A model generated the notes under the pieces. That model searched no databases, was not told the DNA's origin, and saw only the letters and a program-made list of their open reading frames with translations. A stretch of 45,893 bases of DNA, counting the filler, from Catajapyx aquilonaris (lineage: Eukaryota), in NCBI GenBank assembly GCA_000934665.2. It is 2 parts of 2 records of this genome, joined end to end, with 100 filler letters (N's around TTAATTAATTAA, not from the genome) between each part and the next. Parts side by side here need not be neighbours in the genome. Positions count along the whole stretch, not along the records: positions 23,132 to 45,893 come from JYFJ02005832.1; 1 more part is not named here. One strand, 5' to 3'. Position 1 is the first letter of the stretch. Every line of letters begins with the position of its first letter. The translations under genes were made by a program, and so were the position numbers. Positions 35,016 through 45,893 of this stretch are shown one piece after another.

Positions 35016-35110
35016 GGGGAGGGCATGGTGGTCTGGTGGCTATTATGCTACTGGCAAGCCAAGGAGGTCCGGAGTTCAAATCCCGTCCCCGTCACCTCTG
35101 AGTTGGCCAG
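35016..35110 (+). mobile_element. tRNA-like SINE head (fragment)
   Basis: TGGTCTGGTGG (A-box-like) and GGAGTTCAAATCCC (B box); no convincing full cloverleaf. Confidence 0.45.
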
Positions 35111-36058
35111 GTCTTTTTCATCCGACATGTCCGGGCAGACTTGCACTCCCTTCTCTGCCCAGATCTCATATTGAAGAGGGTGAGAAATGACTAGAGGCTA
35201 ATTAGTGGGGGGGAGGGGGATAAAGAGAATTTGGGAGTAAAATCCTCGCTAACTAACAACAGCAGAACCGAAATTTTTTCTGTGTAAGTGTAACTGACCT
35301 CTCTCTTGCACATGATCGTGGTACTTTTCCCATATTATTAATATAGTATTTTTGAAAATCATTTGCCTGCGGGAGTAATTTACACCGGCGCGAAATTTTA
35401 AGTGATGTCGTAACAAGTACCCAAAAATGCGGAAAAAAGAGGTGCTCCAGACCAACGAAGCCGATTTTTATGTTTAGGTATAGGTTTTTGGCAAATAATA
35501 ATTTTGTCAAAATTTGACTGATTTGAGAACTACTGTAGCAGTGGAGAGAACCCTAATTTTCACGGGTTTTATTGTGCCTAGAGGTTGTGTGGGGAGGGTG
35601 GCATGGAGTGGCCAGAGTTGGAAATCGAAGAAAGTACCTATTTTATATAACCCCCCCCCCCCCCCCAAGGGCCCCATCCCTTGGGAACCTCCCCTTCCCC
35701 ACACGCCCGCGGACCCGGGCGTTTTGTATACAGGTGTTCGTTATGTACATCGTAAGTATATCAAGACCAATAAACGTCCGTGCGACATACCCAACCGGGT
35801 GAAAGCGGAACCCACGATTATTATCATCGTGATCATCGTCATCATCATTCAACTTCGATGTTCAATGGGGCTCAAATTGTTTTGGGCACTTTATCCTGGT
35901 CTTGAAGCAACCCTTCGCACAGACCCCACGTTAAGGAGGTGTTTGTGTGTGTGTGAAGGGTTGCTTCAAGACCAGGATAAAGTGGCCTAAAGTATTTGAA
36001 CCCGATAGTACATACGTGCTGCTTTCATGTGCAATTATTGTTCATCAATGGATATGCA

Positions 36059-37509
36059 TTATTTTGTTTTGTTAGACGATGCTGAAGGTGCTTCAGCTAC
36101 GTTGAACTGAGCCAAAACAATGAGGTAAGTCGTCACAGCTCCAATAATCTACAGGGCGAATGAAATGTCAGAGCTTGGCTTGTAAAATAATATACACAAC
36201 AACTTACAGAGGTGATGAGACCACGATTGACGGTGAAGTAACTGGCAGCAGTTATCTCCATGGGAGGACCTGTCATCATCTCCACTAATGATTTGATCTG
36301 AAGTCAAATACCCTGCAGTTATTTGTAGTTTGATTGGTGTTGTAATAATGTAATGAATCCAATTCACTTACGTCCGCATTTACGCGTGGATTGAATACAT
36401 GTCGCTTTGCGTTAATCAGGTCATGCAAGGACACTGTGCTCTGAAAATGTAATAACACGTACTTTTACAAATTAGTGGAATAATTAACATTTCAGGAAGA
36501 GTCAGTTAATTGAGATAATTTTCAGGGGTGCAGCAGCTGTATATACCTGTCGTGTAATGGATCCCAACACAATGGCAAAGGCGGCCGCTGAGGACGTCAT
36601 GGTGCAGATTCCAATGAACCAAAACACTGTCAGCATAAGAGGGGGATGGCTTGAAGGCAAAAAGAAATAGAACAAGGTGCTAAGTCATCCATACAACAAA
36701 TATCAAGAAAATACTCATTAAAGGAAGTACATAAATGCTGTCCATGAGGTTCACCAAGGAGACCAGTTCGTGGAAAAGGTCGGCGAGACACCTTGTGTCC
36801 CGAATCATTCTGTTACTGTGGCCATCATCCAGTGTGTCAATAAAGACAGTGTGATTGCAAATTCTGGTAATTTCTCTGTTAAAATATTGCAGACGCGACT
36901 GGTGGACAAGCACCAAAAATATCAACTGAACAGGAACCACGAACAATAAGAAATAAGAGTGAACAAATAACAATATCTCAAACAAGTCATAAGGCTTATA
37001 CAGGCCTTCAATAAATAGATTAACGATCCATCTATCACAAAAGGGAGGGAAAAACCAGCGATAACCAGTAGCACCGAAAAAATTCGCAAAGTTTTCTTGT
37101 GGGTTGTCACGTCCTGATTTGCGAATCGGTGAATCAGTCTCCACATTTGGGTGACTTTAGTTTGAACCAGGATGTAGTTGAGCCGAGGTGCACCAAGTGT
37201 CACTGCATCTCTGATCATGCCACATATGTGTCGAGTCATACTCTTCGATTTCTTTTTGCTTATCCAGCGTTTCGGTGGATAACAGCTGAGTATGGCGATG
37301 TAAGTGACAAGCAATGCAAAATGCACCATTGTTGGCCACCATCCGAACCACTTTATGTCCCGCTTTTTTCTTGGCCACGGAAAAGGAGCGATTCCTCCAA
37401 CCACTGACAGGATGGTCACTGGTCGGAACACTTCCCAAAACGAACTTTGACCTTCCGGATGTACCTTTTTCTCCACCGAAATCACTCTATTCGCCATCCT
37501 CACGAACAT
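36059..37509 (-). pseudogene. Gustatory receptor (7tm_7 family), with two frameshifts in exon 1
   Basis: Exons 37509-36547, 36440-36372, 36297-36208, 36148-36059 with three C-terminal phase-0 introns. Motifs EITAASYFTVNRGLITS and IIGAVTTYLIVLAQF (TYhhhhhQF). Frame switches at ~37000 and ~36683. Confidence 0.85.
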
Positions 37510-37800
37510 GGTGACTCGAACTCAATGCACAACTTCTTCAACACTGTCCCCATTTTTTGTGTATTTTTCGCAATGCCTGCGAGCCATATCGACCGAATAT
37601 TCAGTTATGGCGTGTCAGACGTCTGAACACCCGCGAGGTGACATATCTTTCACAATTCACAAGACTTGGTGAATATTAATTATTACGGAGACACATTTAC
37701 GTGCATGACAGTTTGTGAAGATACTTTCATGCGGTTAAATTAATGAGCGGTCTGTGCACCGTGATTCAACAAATTGAAAATTTCATCTTAAAAAACTTGA

Positions 37801-37865
37801 AGTAACTGGCAGCAGTTATCTTCATGGAAAGCCCTGATGTCCTCCTGCTTAAAATTACTGCACCT
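37801..37865 (-). pseudogene. Orphan relic of a second GR penultimate exon
   Basis: AAGTAACTGGCAGCAGTTATCT is identical to 36236-36257; reads MKITAASYF and is preceded by a TTTCAG acceptor. Confidence 0.65.
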
Positions 37866-38717
37866 GAAATGAAGTGTCCTTGGTAATGAACAGTTGGATA
37901 TGGAATATAAATGCACTTATTTGATGCATTATGTACAGTCAGGTACAAATCTGCAAAACATATCTATTATTTCCACGGGAACCAAGCTTCAAACTGAACG
38001 TATTAAACATTGTATTGATCACAACCGTCACCAAATATGACTGATGAAATGCAAATACATCACTAATAATATTGTAGCGGCCCAAATTCTTGGGTATGTA
38101 TGTGAGCATGTGGCTGATGGAACTCCAAGCACATTTTTCTCCCTACATGTTAGTGTAAAATATATTATATTCCATATAGACACATTTTTGTCATAAAACG
38201 GACCAATCTCAGCATATAGTTACACTTAAATACTCATCGTCACATGGGAGGTATCGGGTCTCAAATAGCTAAATTCCGATTACATCAGCGACCAGTGCAT
38301 TGCTAAATTAGAAGAGTCATGAACGTGGTTATTAATATGACTACAGCAGATTAGTATGTTAACATTTGTGAAAATTTCATAATATAACTGTATTGACAAA
38401 TACCAAACAAGGAGGTGGAGATGGTGATTGTGTTACTGCTACATGTTTTGTTTGGTGTAAAGGAAACACTGAATCATTGTTGAAACACTCAGAGTGATGT
38501 GTGAAACACGTAATGACAATAGCTGGCTATTCAACCAATGGAAATAACAATAACTGAAGGAAAAAAGAAATTATAAGACAATTGGGAAAATATTATAGGG
38601 TATAGTAACGATTATTGTGATCATTGACAGTACAGAGTAATTATTCATATACCAGACATTCTGTATAAATACGTGAAGAGAAGATTTGCACATTTATTTT
38701 AAGCGCGTCCTCTGTTG

Positions 38718-39236
38718 TTATTAAAATTATGCAACATATTTGTAATATTTTTAACATGGATAACTTCTCCAATAAACAAGAGAATTCCACAGCACCAGCA
38801 AAATATGGCAAGAAAACACATCGTTCCCCTGACCTGGTCGAAATTTAAAAAGCCATTGAGCGCTGGTACGATCTGTCCAGCTTCCTTGCATCACGGAGTC
38901 CCATCAGTAGACAGGTGTACTCCAAGTACTTGTCATATTTGGCCATAAGTCCTGAATCAATATAATAATATACCATTCTGTCAAGAATTGGGCCCAGCTT
39001 GCTGTGTTTGTCCAAAATTAAACCAGTAAGCATTAATAAACCTGCTTCTTTAGCAACGACCAAGGGAATATTTCCTGCCTTGTCTACGTATTGCGCCCCG
39101 ATTGCAAGCAGTACGTCAGATGAAGATATGCAAGCAAAATTCTCGTCTATTTATTTACGAACACATGTGGTGAAGTCGGGCAGATCGATCATGTCTCGAG
39201 CAATAGGTTTAAAGTATTCCAAATCATTGTCATCAA
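38718..39236 (-). pseudogene. 3' fragment of a family-B IR (paralog of 43037-44971)
   Basis: VVAKEAGLLMLTGLILDKHSKLGPILDRMVYYYIDSGLMAKYDKYLEYTCLLMGLRDARKLDRSYQRSMA; 2-nt insertion at ~38848; 5' part missing beyond ~39236. Downstream flank (~38180-38715) duplicates 41545-41760 plus 42650-43037. Confidence 0.88.
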
Positions 39237-39599
39237 GATGCACGGCAGTGCATCCGCCAAGTCTCAGCCACTTCCACCGCCACTGACCCGCACTATAGCC
39301 CCTTCTCTCATTTACTCTTACGTCTCGCGCTGCCGTGTATCTTTACTGGAGCCAACTCGTACTCTACACTTCGGCATTTTCTAGTTCGGCACAGGAAAAT
39401 GCTGCAAGTCTGAAATTTTAATACGACGATGGGGCACACCCGGGGACCATACAAATAAATTGTCGTGAAATTTGGACCACTTGGTCCACAACAGGAGCGG
39501 GCCCAAATTAGCGTTTTTTCTTCCTCATTCATTGTTGAAATCTATGCTACCGTCTTACTTATAGTCCGGGCCCTAAGCGCAAAAATCAGGTCAAACCTT

Positions 39600-40393
39600 G
39601 CACTTTGTGATAAGAAGGTGCCACTTGGCATGTGTGTTCCTTAGGCCTATAGGAGCAATTCCAGAGTTGCAGGCAACTGATCGGCCCCTTAGGGCACGAG
39701 TTATGCGGTGTTGCCAACATGGCCTGGGATGACCTGAGCGTTTTAACTCGGCACTTTTTGATGAGAAGGTGCCACTTGGCAGACATGTTCCCTAGGTCTG
39801 TAGGAGTCGCTTGAGAGATGGTGGCACTTGATCGGCCCCTTAGGTCACGAGTTATGCGGTGTTGCCAACCTGATCAGGGAACTAAGCGTTTTTACTCGGC
39901 ACTTTTTGATGAGAAGGTGCCACTTGGCAGACATGTTCCCTAGGTGTATAGGATCCATTTGAGAGATGGAGGCACTTGATCCGCTCCTTAGGTAAGGAGT
40001 TATGCGGTGTTGCCAACCTGGTCCGGAACCTAAGCATAACCGCATAACTCGTGACCTAAGGGGCAGATGAGGTGCCGCCAACTCTCAAATGGAACCCCTA
40101 GGCCTGGGGAACATGCTTGCCAAAATCCCAAAATGCAAAGTTAAAAATGGTTCAAAACGCTTAGGTCCAGGACCAGGTTGGCAACACCGCATAACTCCTT
40201 ACCTACGGAGCGGATCAAGTGCCTCCATCTCTCAAATGGATCCTATACGCCTAGGGAACATGTCTGCCAAGTGGCACCTTCTCATCAAAAAGTGCCGAGT
40301 TAAAACGCTCAGGTCATCCCAGGCCATGTTGTCAACACCGCAAAAATCGTGACCTAAGGGGCCGATCAGTTGCCTGCAACTTTGGAATTGCTC
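39600..40393. repeat. Foldback structure of ~150-bp tandem units (about 3 forward, about 2.3 inverted)
   Basis: GCACTTTKTGATRAGAAGGTGCCACTTGGCA at 39600, 39751 and 39899; reverse-complement copies at 40040-40393. Confidence 0.85.
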
Positions 40394-41761
40394 TGTGGTA
40401 ACTTACAGGTTCGTGGTTCGGTTTTCCCAGCCTTCTTAACAGTCTCAACCGAGGCCGTAGTGCTATGGAATCAATTCTTTTGCAAATTCAGCATCCAAGA
40501 GGGGCAGGGTACTTTCATCAACTTTGTTTTCTGTTATAGGATGATACGAGTGGCATATCAGTACTTTATTTCCAAAACTGGCATCCACCTTACATTAGGA
40601 CAGGAATATTATTCTCAGCCTGTAATAATAGAAGATCCATGACATTCATTTCAAATCGCTACCTACCTGAAGAGTATGAAATATTACAAAAATAATAAAC
40701 ATGGTACTGGTCAACAAGATATTTGTTAGATGCCGTTATTTTTGACGTTTCTGATCTACTTGAAGGTGCTGGTTTTGAATCTGAAGTATGAAGTACTGTT
40801 TCGGGCTCCATGTTTTGGCACGGACATAATTGAACGGTTCCGTTGCAATACATTGAATTTCATTTCATTTGGGAAAACACAAAAAAACCGTTTACTGACG
40901 AAACGTTAATCTGAAAGATTACTATGCATGGCAATTACGCAAGCTTAGGCGAGAGGTGTTCAGTCCCAAAATATCGAACTTAAAATGCGTATGTTCATAA
41001 GTTTATTTAGTATAATTTTTTATGTGCTGGAATCTCAATGTTTTGCAACGGAATGTCTGGCAGATCTGAAAATCTTGCAAATAATAACGATACTTTGAGG
41101 GTCAAAAATATTATTTTAATGCTGGATCAAAAATTAAGTACAAATCGTTCACAATGTATCCTGGCGATCATTTGGAGTTTTCAACCGTCAGTGCCACTGT
41201 CGCCTACGCGGTGTATATGTGGAGGTACTGAAGAATCTCCTCGTAATATGGTGTCGCGTGCCTGCCCGGATATAGGGGGCACGGCTACTTGGAGCTAGGC
41301 CTTAATGACCACACCAGCCTAGCACCTATCCCCTTTGGCCCCAGTCACGCCAAAAGAGACACACAGCTTCTATCAAACTGTCTTTAATGATCGACACACA
41401 CAGGTGCAGAAAATCATGGCGTCAAAAAAAATGGTTTTATTTTGGTTGGATAGATATTCATTGAATAATAATGTTTGCACACTGGTAGTTATGGCTGACA
41501 TTGGGAGATGGTTCCAAACGTAGCCTCAAAGCTTGTTTCATGACATTTTTGTCATGAAACTGACCTATCTCAGCATATAGTTACATTAAATTACTCATCG
41601 TCACATGCGAGGTATCGGCTCTCAAATAGCTTTATTCCGCTTACATCAGCGACCAGTGAATTGCAACTGCTAAATTAGAAGAGTAACAAACATGGTTATT
41701 AATATGACTATACAGCAGATTAATACGTTAACATTTGTGAAGATTTCATAATATAACAGTA

Positions 41762-42640
41762 TCTCTATCTTCTTCTCTATATCTATAAATAAGGAAGTTT
41801 GTCAGATGTTTGTCCCTTATAGAAATCCTGGGGAAGGCCCCGACACCGCCTTAAATTAGCATATCGGGGGTTACATTTTTCAAGGAATTTAATGCCGCAT
41901 GTTTCAGCTTCCGAAAATGTACCTAACTCCCACAACACGCATATTCCCGAATCTTCTCTCTTCTCGGGCCTTAACAATTAACTTACAACAATATATCAAT
42001 TCAAATTCCCATGGAAATGCCCTTATGCAAGTTCAATACCTAGCAAATTAAACCATCGACGGTAAATTCAACGCATGCACCAATTGCGCTAATAATTGGC
42101 ACCTCACGTGAGTTCGTATCGTATGGTCATTCCGGGATTTTGTGGGATTAGAAAGTAGACTTCCAGACAAAAATAAATACAATAAAATAATACAGTATTT
42201 ACTAATATTACTCCGTGTTGAAAATATTTCTTCCACCATGCATCTGTACGTCTGCACGTACATTTCTAGAGTTCTTCAAAGCAAACATATGGAACGAGAT
42301 GGAGGTGTGAAGTGGGGTTGGGGAGTCAAGGGGTCAAAAATGCAGGGGGAAAAAACACACGGCTGTGCAGTCTTTTCTTGGGCCAACTCCATCCGCAATC
42401 CTCTTTTTACACATCCAATCAGAATATCTGTGTCGACTACACTATAAGACAAGCAGGTAATCTATCACAGAGAGTGACAAACTTTGGCTTATTGCAACTT
42501 ATAAGGCCTATTTTAAGACATATCGAGTTTCGAGTGTACGGAAGGGAAATTTTTACAAACAAACACACTTCCTAAAATAGTGTATATGTACCCCTTACCA
42601 GCACCCCAACATACGCGGGCAACGCCGGGCAACCTGCTAG
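41762..42640 (+). mobile_element. Non-autonomous Helitron, 879 bp
   Basis: A|TCTCTATC... start; GC-rich subterminal GCGGGCAACGCCGGGC and CTAG|T end; no TSD; absent at the equivalent site (~38391) in the duplicated flank. Confidence 0.85.
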
Positions 42641-43036
42641 TTATTTTATAAATACCAAACAAAGAGGTGGAGATGGTGATTGTGTTACTGTTAAATGTTT
42701 TGTATGGTGCAAAGAAAACACTGAACCATTGTTGAAATACTCAGAGTGATGTGTGAAATACATAATGATAATGACAATAGCTGGCTATTCAACCTGGGCG
42801 GATGTGTTTGGCTTTTAGTAGCTTAATTTTGTTGGTCCTCCAAATAGAAATAACAATAACTGAAGGAAGAAAGAAATAATAAGGCAATGGGAAAAAATTA
42901 TATAGGGTAGTAACAATTATTGCGATCATTGACAGTACCGAATAATTATTCATATACCAGACATACTGTATAAAATACGTGAATAGAAGATAATTATGCA
43001 CATTTATTTTAAGCGCGTCCTCTGTTGTTATTAAAA

Positions 43037-44971
43037 TTATGCAACACACTTTGTCATATTTTTCATGTGGGTAACTTCGCCAATAAACAAGAGAATTCCA
43101 CAGAACCAGCAAAATATGACAAGAAAATACGCCTGTCCCCTCAACTGGTCAAAATTTAAAGCCATTGAGCGCTGATACGATCTGTCCAGCTTCCTTGCAT
43201 CACGAAGTCCCATCAGCAGACAGGTGTACTCCAAGTACTTGTCATATTTGGCCATAAGTCCTGAATCGATATAATAAAATGCCATTCGGTCAAGAACTGG
43301 GCCTAACTTGCTGTGTTTGTCCAAAATGAATCCACTTAACACTAATATACCAGCATCTTTAGCGACAACCACTGGAATAATTCCTGCCTTGTCTATGTAC
43401 TGGACACCCATTGCAAGCAGTATGCCAGATGGAGCTATACAAGCAAAATTCTCGTTGATTGATTTGCGAATGCAGGTGGTGAAGTCGGGCAGATCGATCA
43501 AACTTCGAGCAATAGGGTTAAAGTATTCCAAATCATTGTCATAGAAAATACCTGCTAAATAAGGCTTAACCGTTTCCATAGTTCCCCATTGCCATTTTTG
43601 ACGCCTTCTGTTTAGTTCTTGAAACGATTCGGGCAAATCCTCCTGCAGTGGAGATGCCAAGAAGCCAAAGTACAAGGCTTCGTATCCGATGATGATGACC
43701 AGGGAATAGATCCACCAGAAGGAGATGAAGAGTCTGGAGGGGTCACCTCGGGGGATGGTGTTGGGGTTTTCCTCGATCAGGGTGGAAAACAGGTATCTGG
43801 CCGAGTAGAGGAAGAGGGAATAGGACGGACCCTTGTCTGGAAAAGGGTTGCGGAAAGTGCTCTCTATTCTTAGCAGGGCGAAAAGGACAACACTTCCGAT
43901 GAGAGTGGCCGAAATGATTAAAACCCACATTTGAGGAGTGTAAGGCATCAAGGCGGAATTCCACGAGTAACTTGGTCTCGACGTCCTCGTGGAAAATGTC
44001 AGCTGCACATAATAAACTGGCAGAAGTACTTTTACAACAGGGCTCATAAGTGCTATTGAAGTGACACCTACCTCGGCCTTTCTCCTGATGATATCACCAG
44101 TGTGACCCGTATAATTACCGTCGGGCAACAAAACATCAGGAGTAACACCGTCATCTAATAATTGAGATCGTTCCATATTCCAGTTAAAATTTAGTACATC
44201 ACTTGCCAAAAGTAGGTATATAAAGACACCAAACATTGGTAGTAAATTATCCACCATGAATTGCAACTCTGACTTGGACAAGTCAAACACGGCCGTGGCG
44301 TTAATTAGCTTACTGTGAAGATTGGTGGAATAATCAGAGAACAATTCCGGTAAAATGCTACCCCGTGTGTACTGAGCAACATGCACCACTTTTGGTTTAC
44401 CTTGATCGCAATAGTGACAGTTCGCCATCACCTTGAGCGAGTGTGAGTCCTGGTCGAACTGGATCCCGACCTGAAAGAGCATGAGTTGGGCGATGGGATG
44501 CATCAAGACTGTGTCCAGACCTCCGTCCCTGGGCCAGAAGAGGAACCTGTCCCTTCCGGTGTCCATGAGGTGAAGAGTGGCCGCGTGGACCACCAGAGGA
44601 GACAAGGTGTCCAGTGTCCCGAAGGCGAAGAGGAAGGTGGCGCAGGGGTCCAGTCTCCTGGCCTCCGGTCTGTGCAGCCAGGAGAACCAGTACTGTCCAC
44701 TGGCGTCCACTGGTGTCCCGTCCCACCTCACCACCGCCACTTCCTCCGATCCATTGTTGATCAGCCGGTTAAACGAAGAGGGGAACACCAACCAGTCGCC
44801 GCACAACACCAGGAGACACCCGTCCCCTCTCTCCCGATGGACGTCACTCACCAAGGATGACACCAGTTCCTCTTCCTCCGACCCAACAGATGGAGAGGAC
44901 CTGACCTGGACTTGACCAGATGTGACCCAGGCCAAGACGCACAGACACACTGCAACCACTTCTCTCTGCAT
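43037..44971 (-). CDS. Divergent IR, family B, intronless, 644 aa
   Basis: Signal peptide; CHYC...LFSDYSTNLHSK; S1 DGNYTGHTGDIIRRKAEVGV; M1 PYTPQMW; M3 RLFISFWWIYSLVIIIGYEALYFGFLASP; IDSGL; ALNFDQLRGQAY before M4. Confidence 0.92.
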   Translation of the reverse strand: MQREVVAVCLCVLAWVTSGQVQVRSSPSVGSEEEELVSSLVSDVHRERGDGCLLVLCGDWLVFPSSFNRLINNGSEEVAVVRWDGTPVDASGQYWFSWLHRPEARRLDPCATFLFAFGTLDTLSPLVVHAATLHLMDTGRDRFLFWPRDGGLDTVLMHPIAQLMLFQVGIQFDQDSHSLKVMANCHYCDQGKPKVVHVAQYTRGSILPELFSDYSTNLHSKLINATAVFDLSKSELQFMVDNLLPMFGVFIYLLLASDVLNFNWNMERSQLLDDGVTPDVLLPDGNYTGHTGDIIRRKAEVGVTSIALMSPVVKVLLPVYYVQLTFSTRTSRPSYSWNSALMPYTPQMWVLIISATLIGSVVLFALLRIESTFRNPFPDKGPSYSLFLYSARYLFSTLIEENPNTIPRGDPSRLFISFWWIYSLVIIIGYEALYFGFLASPLQEDLPESFQELNRRRQKWQWGTMETVKPYLAGIFYDNDLEYFNPIARSLIDLPDFTTCIRKSINENFACIAPSGILLAMGVQYIDKAGIIPVVVAKDAGILVLSGFILDKHSKLGPVLDRMAFYYIDSGLMAKYDKYLEYTCLLMGLRDARKLDRSYQRSMALNFDQLRGQAYFLVIFCWFCGILLFIGEVTHMKNMTKCVA

Positions 44972-45893
44972 GGCTCGACTGATCCCCTCCTATTGATTCC
45001 CCGGATTTTTATATCAAGTGACCGATTAACTTTGCCGCCGATATTCATCTTAAAAAAACAGTATCGTCATTATAAGTCAAGCATGTTCAAAAATTATACA
45101 AGGACAAACAAAGACGTGGCTTTTCCACCTAATATGTGTTATACGGGACTAATATCACTGACAGTAGCAGTACCATAATTAAATACAAAATACGATATTT
45201 CTTCGCTGCAGAATATTAAATGAGGGAAGGCACGATTAGGGGTTGTCATAACCGTCGATTTATATGTTCAAATCTGTGACATCGACAGCATAATGACGGT
45301 TTCCCATACGATTTTGTCGAAAGAAATTGCTCACTTATTCGCCACAAACATCAATTTAGTATAAATATTTAACACATGCACTGCGTGGCAATGCCCTAGA
45401 AATGCCAACAAACTACTTCTCTTCTCCCGCACTAACTAGTTTGCATAACATAGATATAGAGACGGTTATAAACCGCCTCCTTCCTGACCCTCCGGGTAAA
45501 GATTGTGTTTACGTGTATACAGAGACCCACTTAATAATGTTTTACCATTTACCTAGATATGTACCTCCGACTAAGGATTACGTATGCAGCATTCTCAGTT
45601 ATTTTAACGTGTGATACAGTTACACTAAATGTTTCCCACCTTGTACACAAGTTCACTTCCTGACCTGCCCTGACTGAAAATGGCAAATGTTAAAAACTGC
45701 GGCGTACTATTTCATGTGACAGAAAGGTAAATATTTTAACCTGCAACAGAGGGTCACATAAGCCTCACTTAGAAATATATTTTACTTGCAAACACCATAA
45801 TAATATTATATGATCTCCTTGGAATAGAACATGGAGCTTCACTAATTAATGTTTAGGAAGCATATTTTTGAGGCCCATGTAGAGTATTGAATA

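Noticed and set aside
35250..35820. Possible rolling-circle or other repeat with GC hairpins
   Set aside because: No diagnostic TC/CTAG termini or second copy to define it.
44397..44915. Multiple overlapping ORFs on both strands
   Set aside because: By-product of the GC-rich 5' part of the IR gene; no independent coding signal.

Overview
Eukaryotic DNA, most likely arthropod. Evidence: short GT-AG introns, ionotropic and gustatory chemoreceptors, Tc1/mariner relics, tRNA-derived SINEs and a Helitron; no prokaryotic or CRISPR features. From left to right: the first coding exon of Upf1 (-), a 33-bp minisatellite, a complete 9-exon maelstrom gene (-), and an intronless MATH-BTB (SPOP-like) gene (+). 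Next is a cluster of intronless divergent ionotropic receptors (IRs): 2 intact, 1 C-terminally clipped, 3 pseudogenes or relics. It encloses two spliced genes I cannot assign, one a 202-aa Cys-rich protein with a signal or anchor segment. A 100-bp artificial scaffold spacer follows. Beyond it lie nested MITE/SINE elements, a C2H2 zinc-finger gene, a ~1-kb palindromic TTAA-flanked MITE in the predicted 3' UTR of a 4-TM gene, a frameshifted gustatory receptor, a foldback repeat, a Helitron, and a second-family IR with a partial duplicate. The most notable pattern is domain-level mosaicism in the IRs: GC-rich N-terminal and pore blocks (near-identical between family-A paralogs) versus AT-rich, variable ligand-binding lobes. 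All gene models were assembled by hand from splice signals and reading phase; no searches were run.
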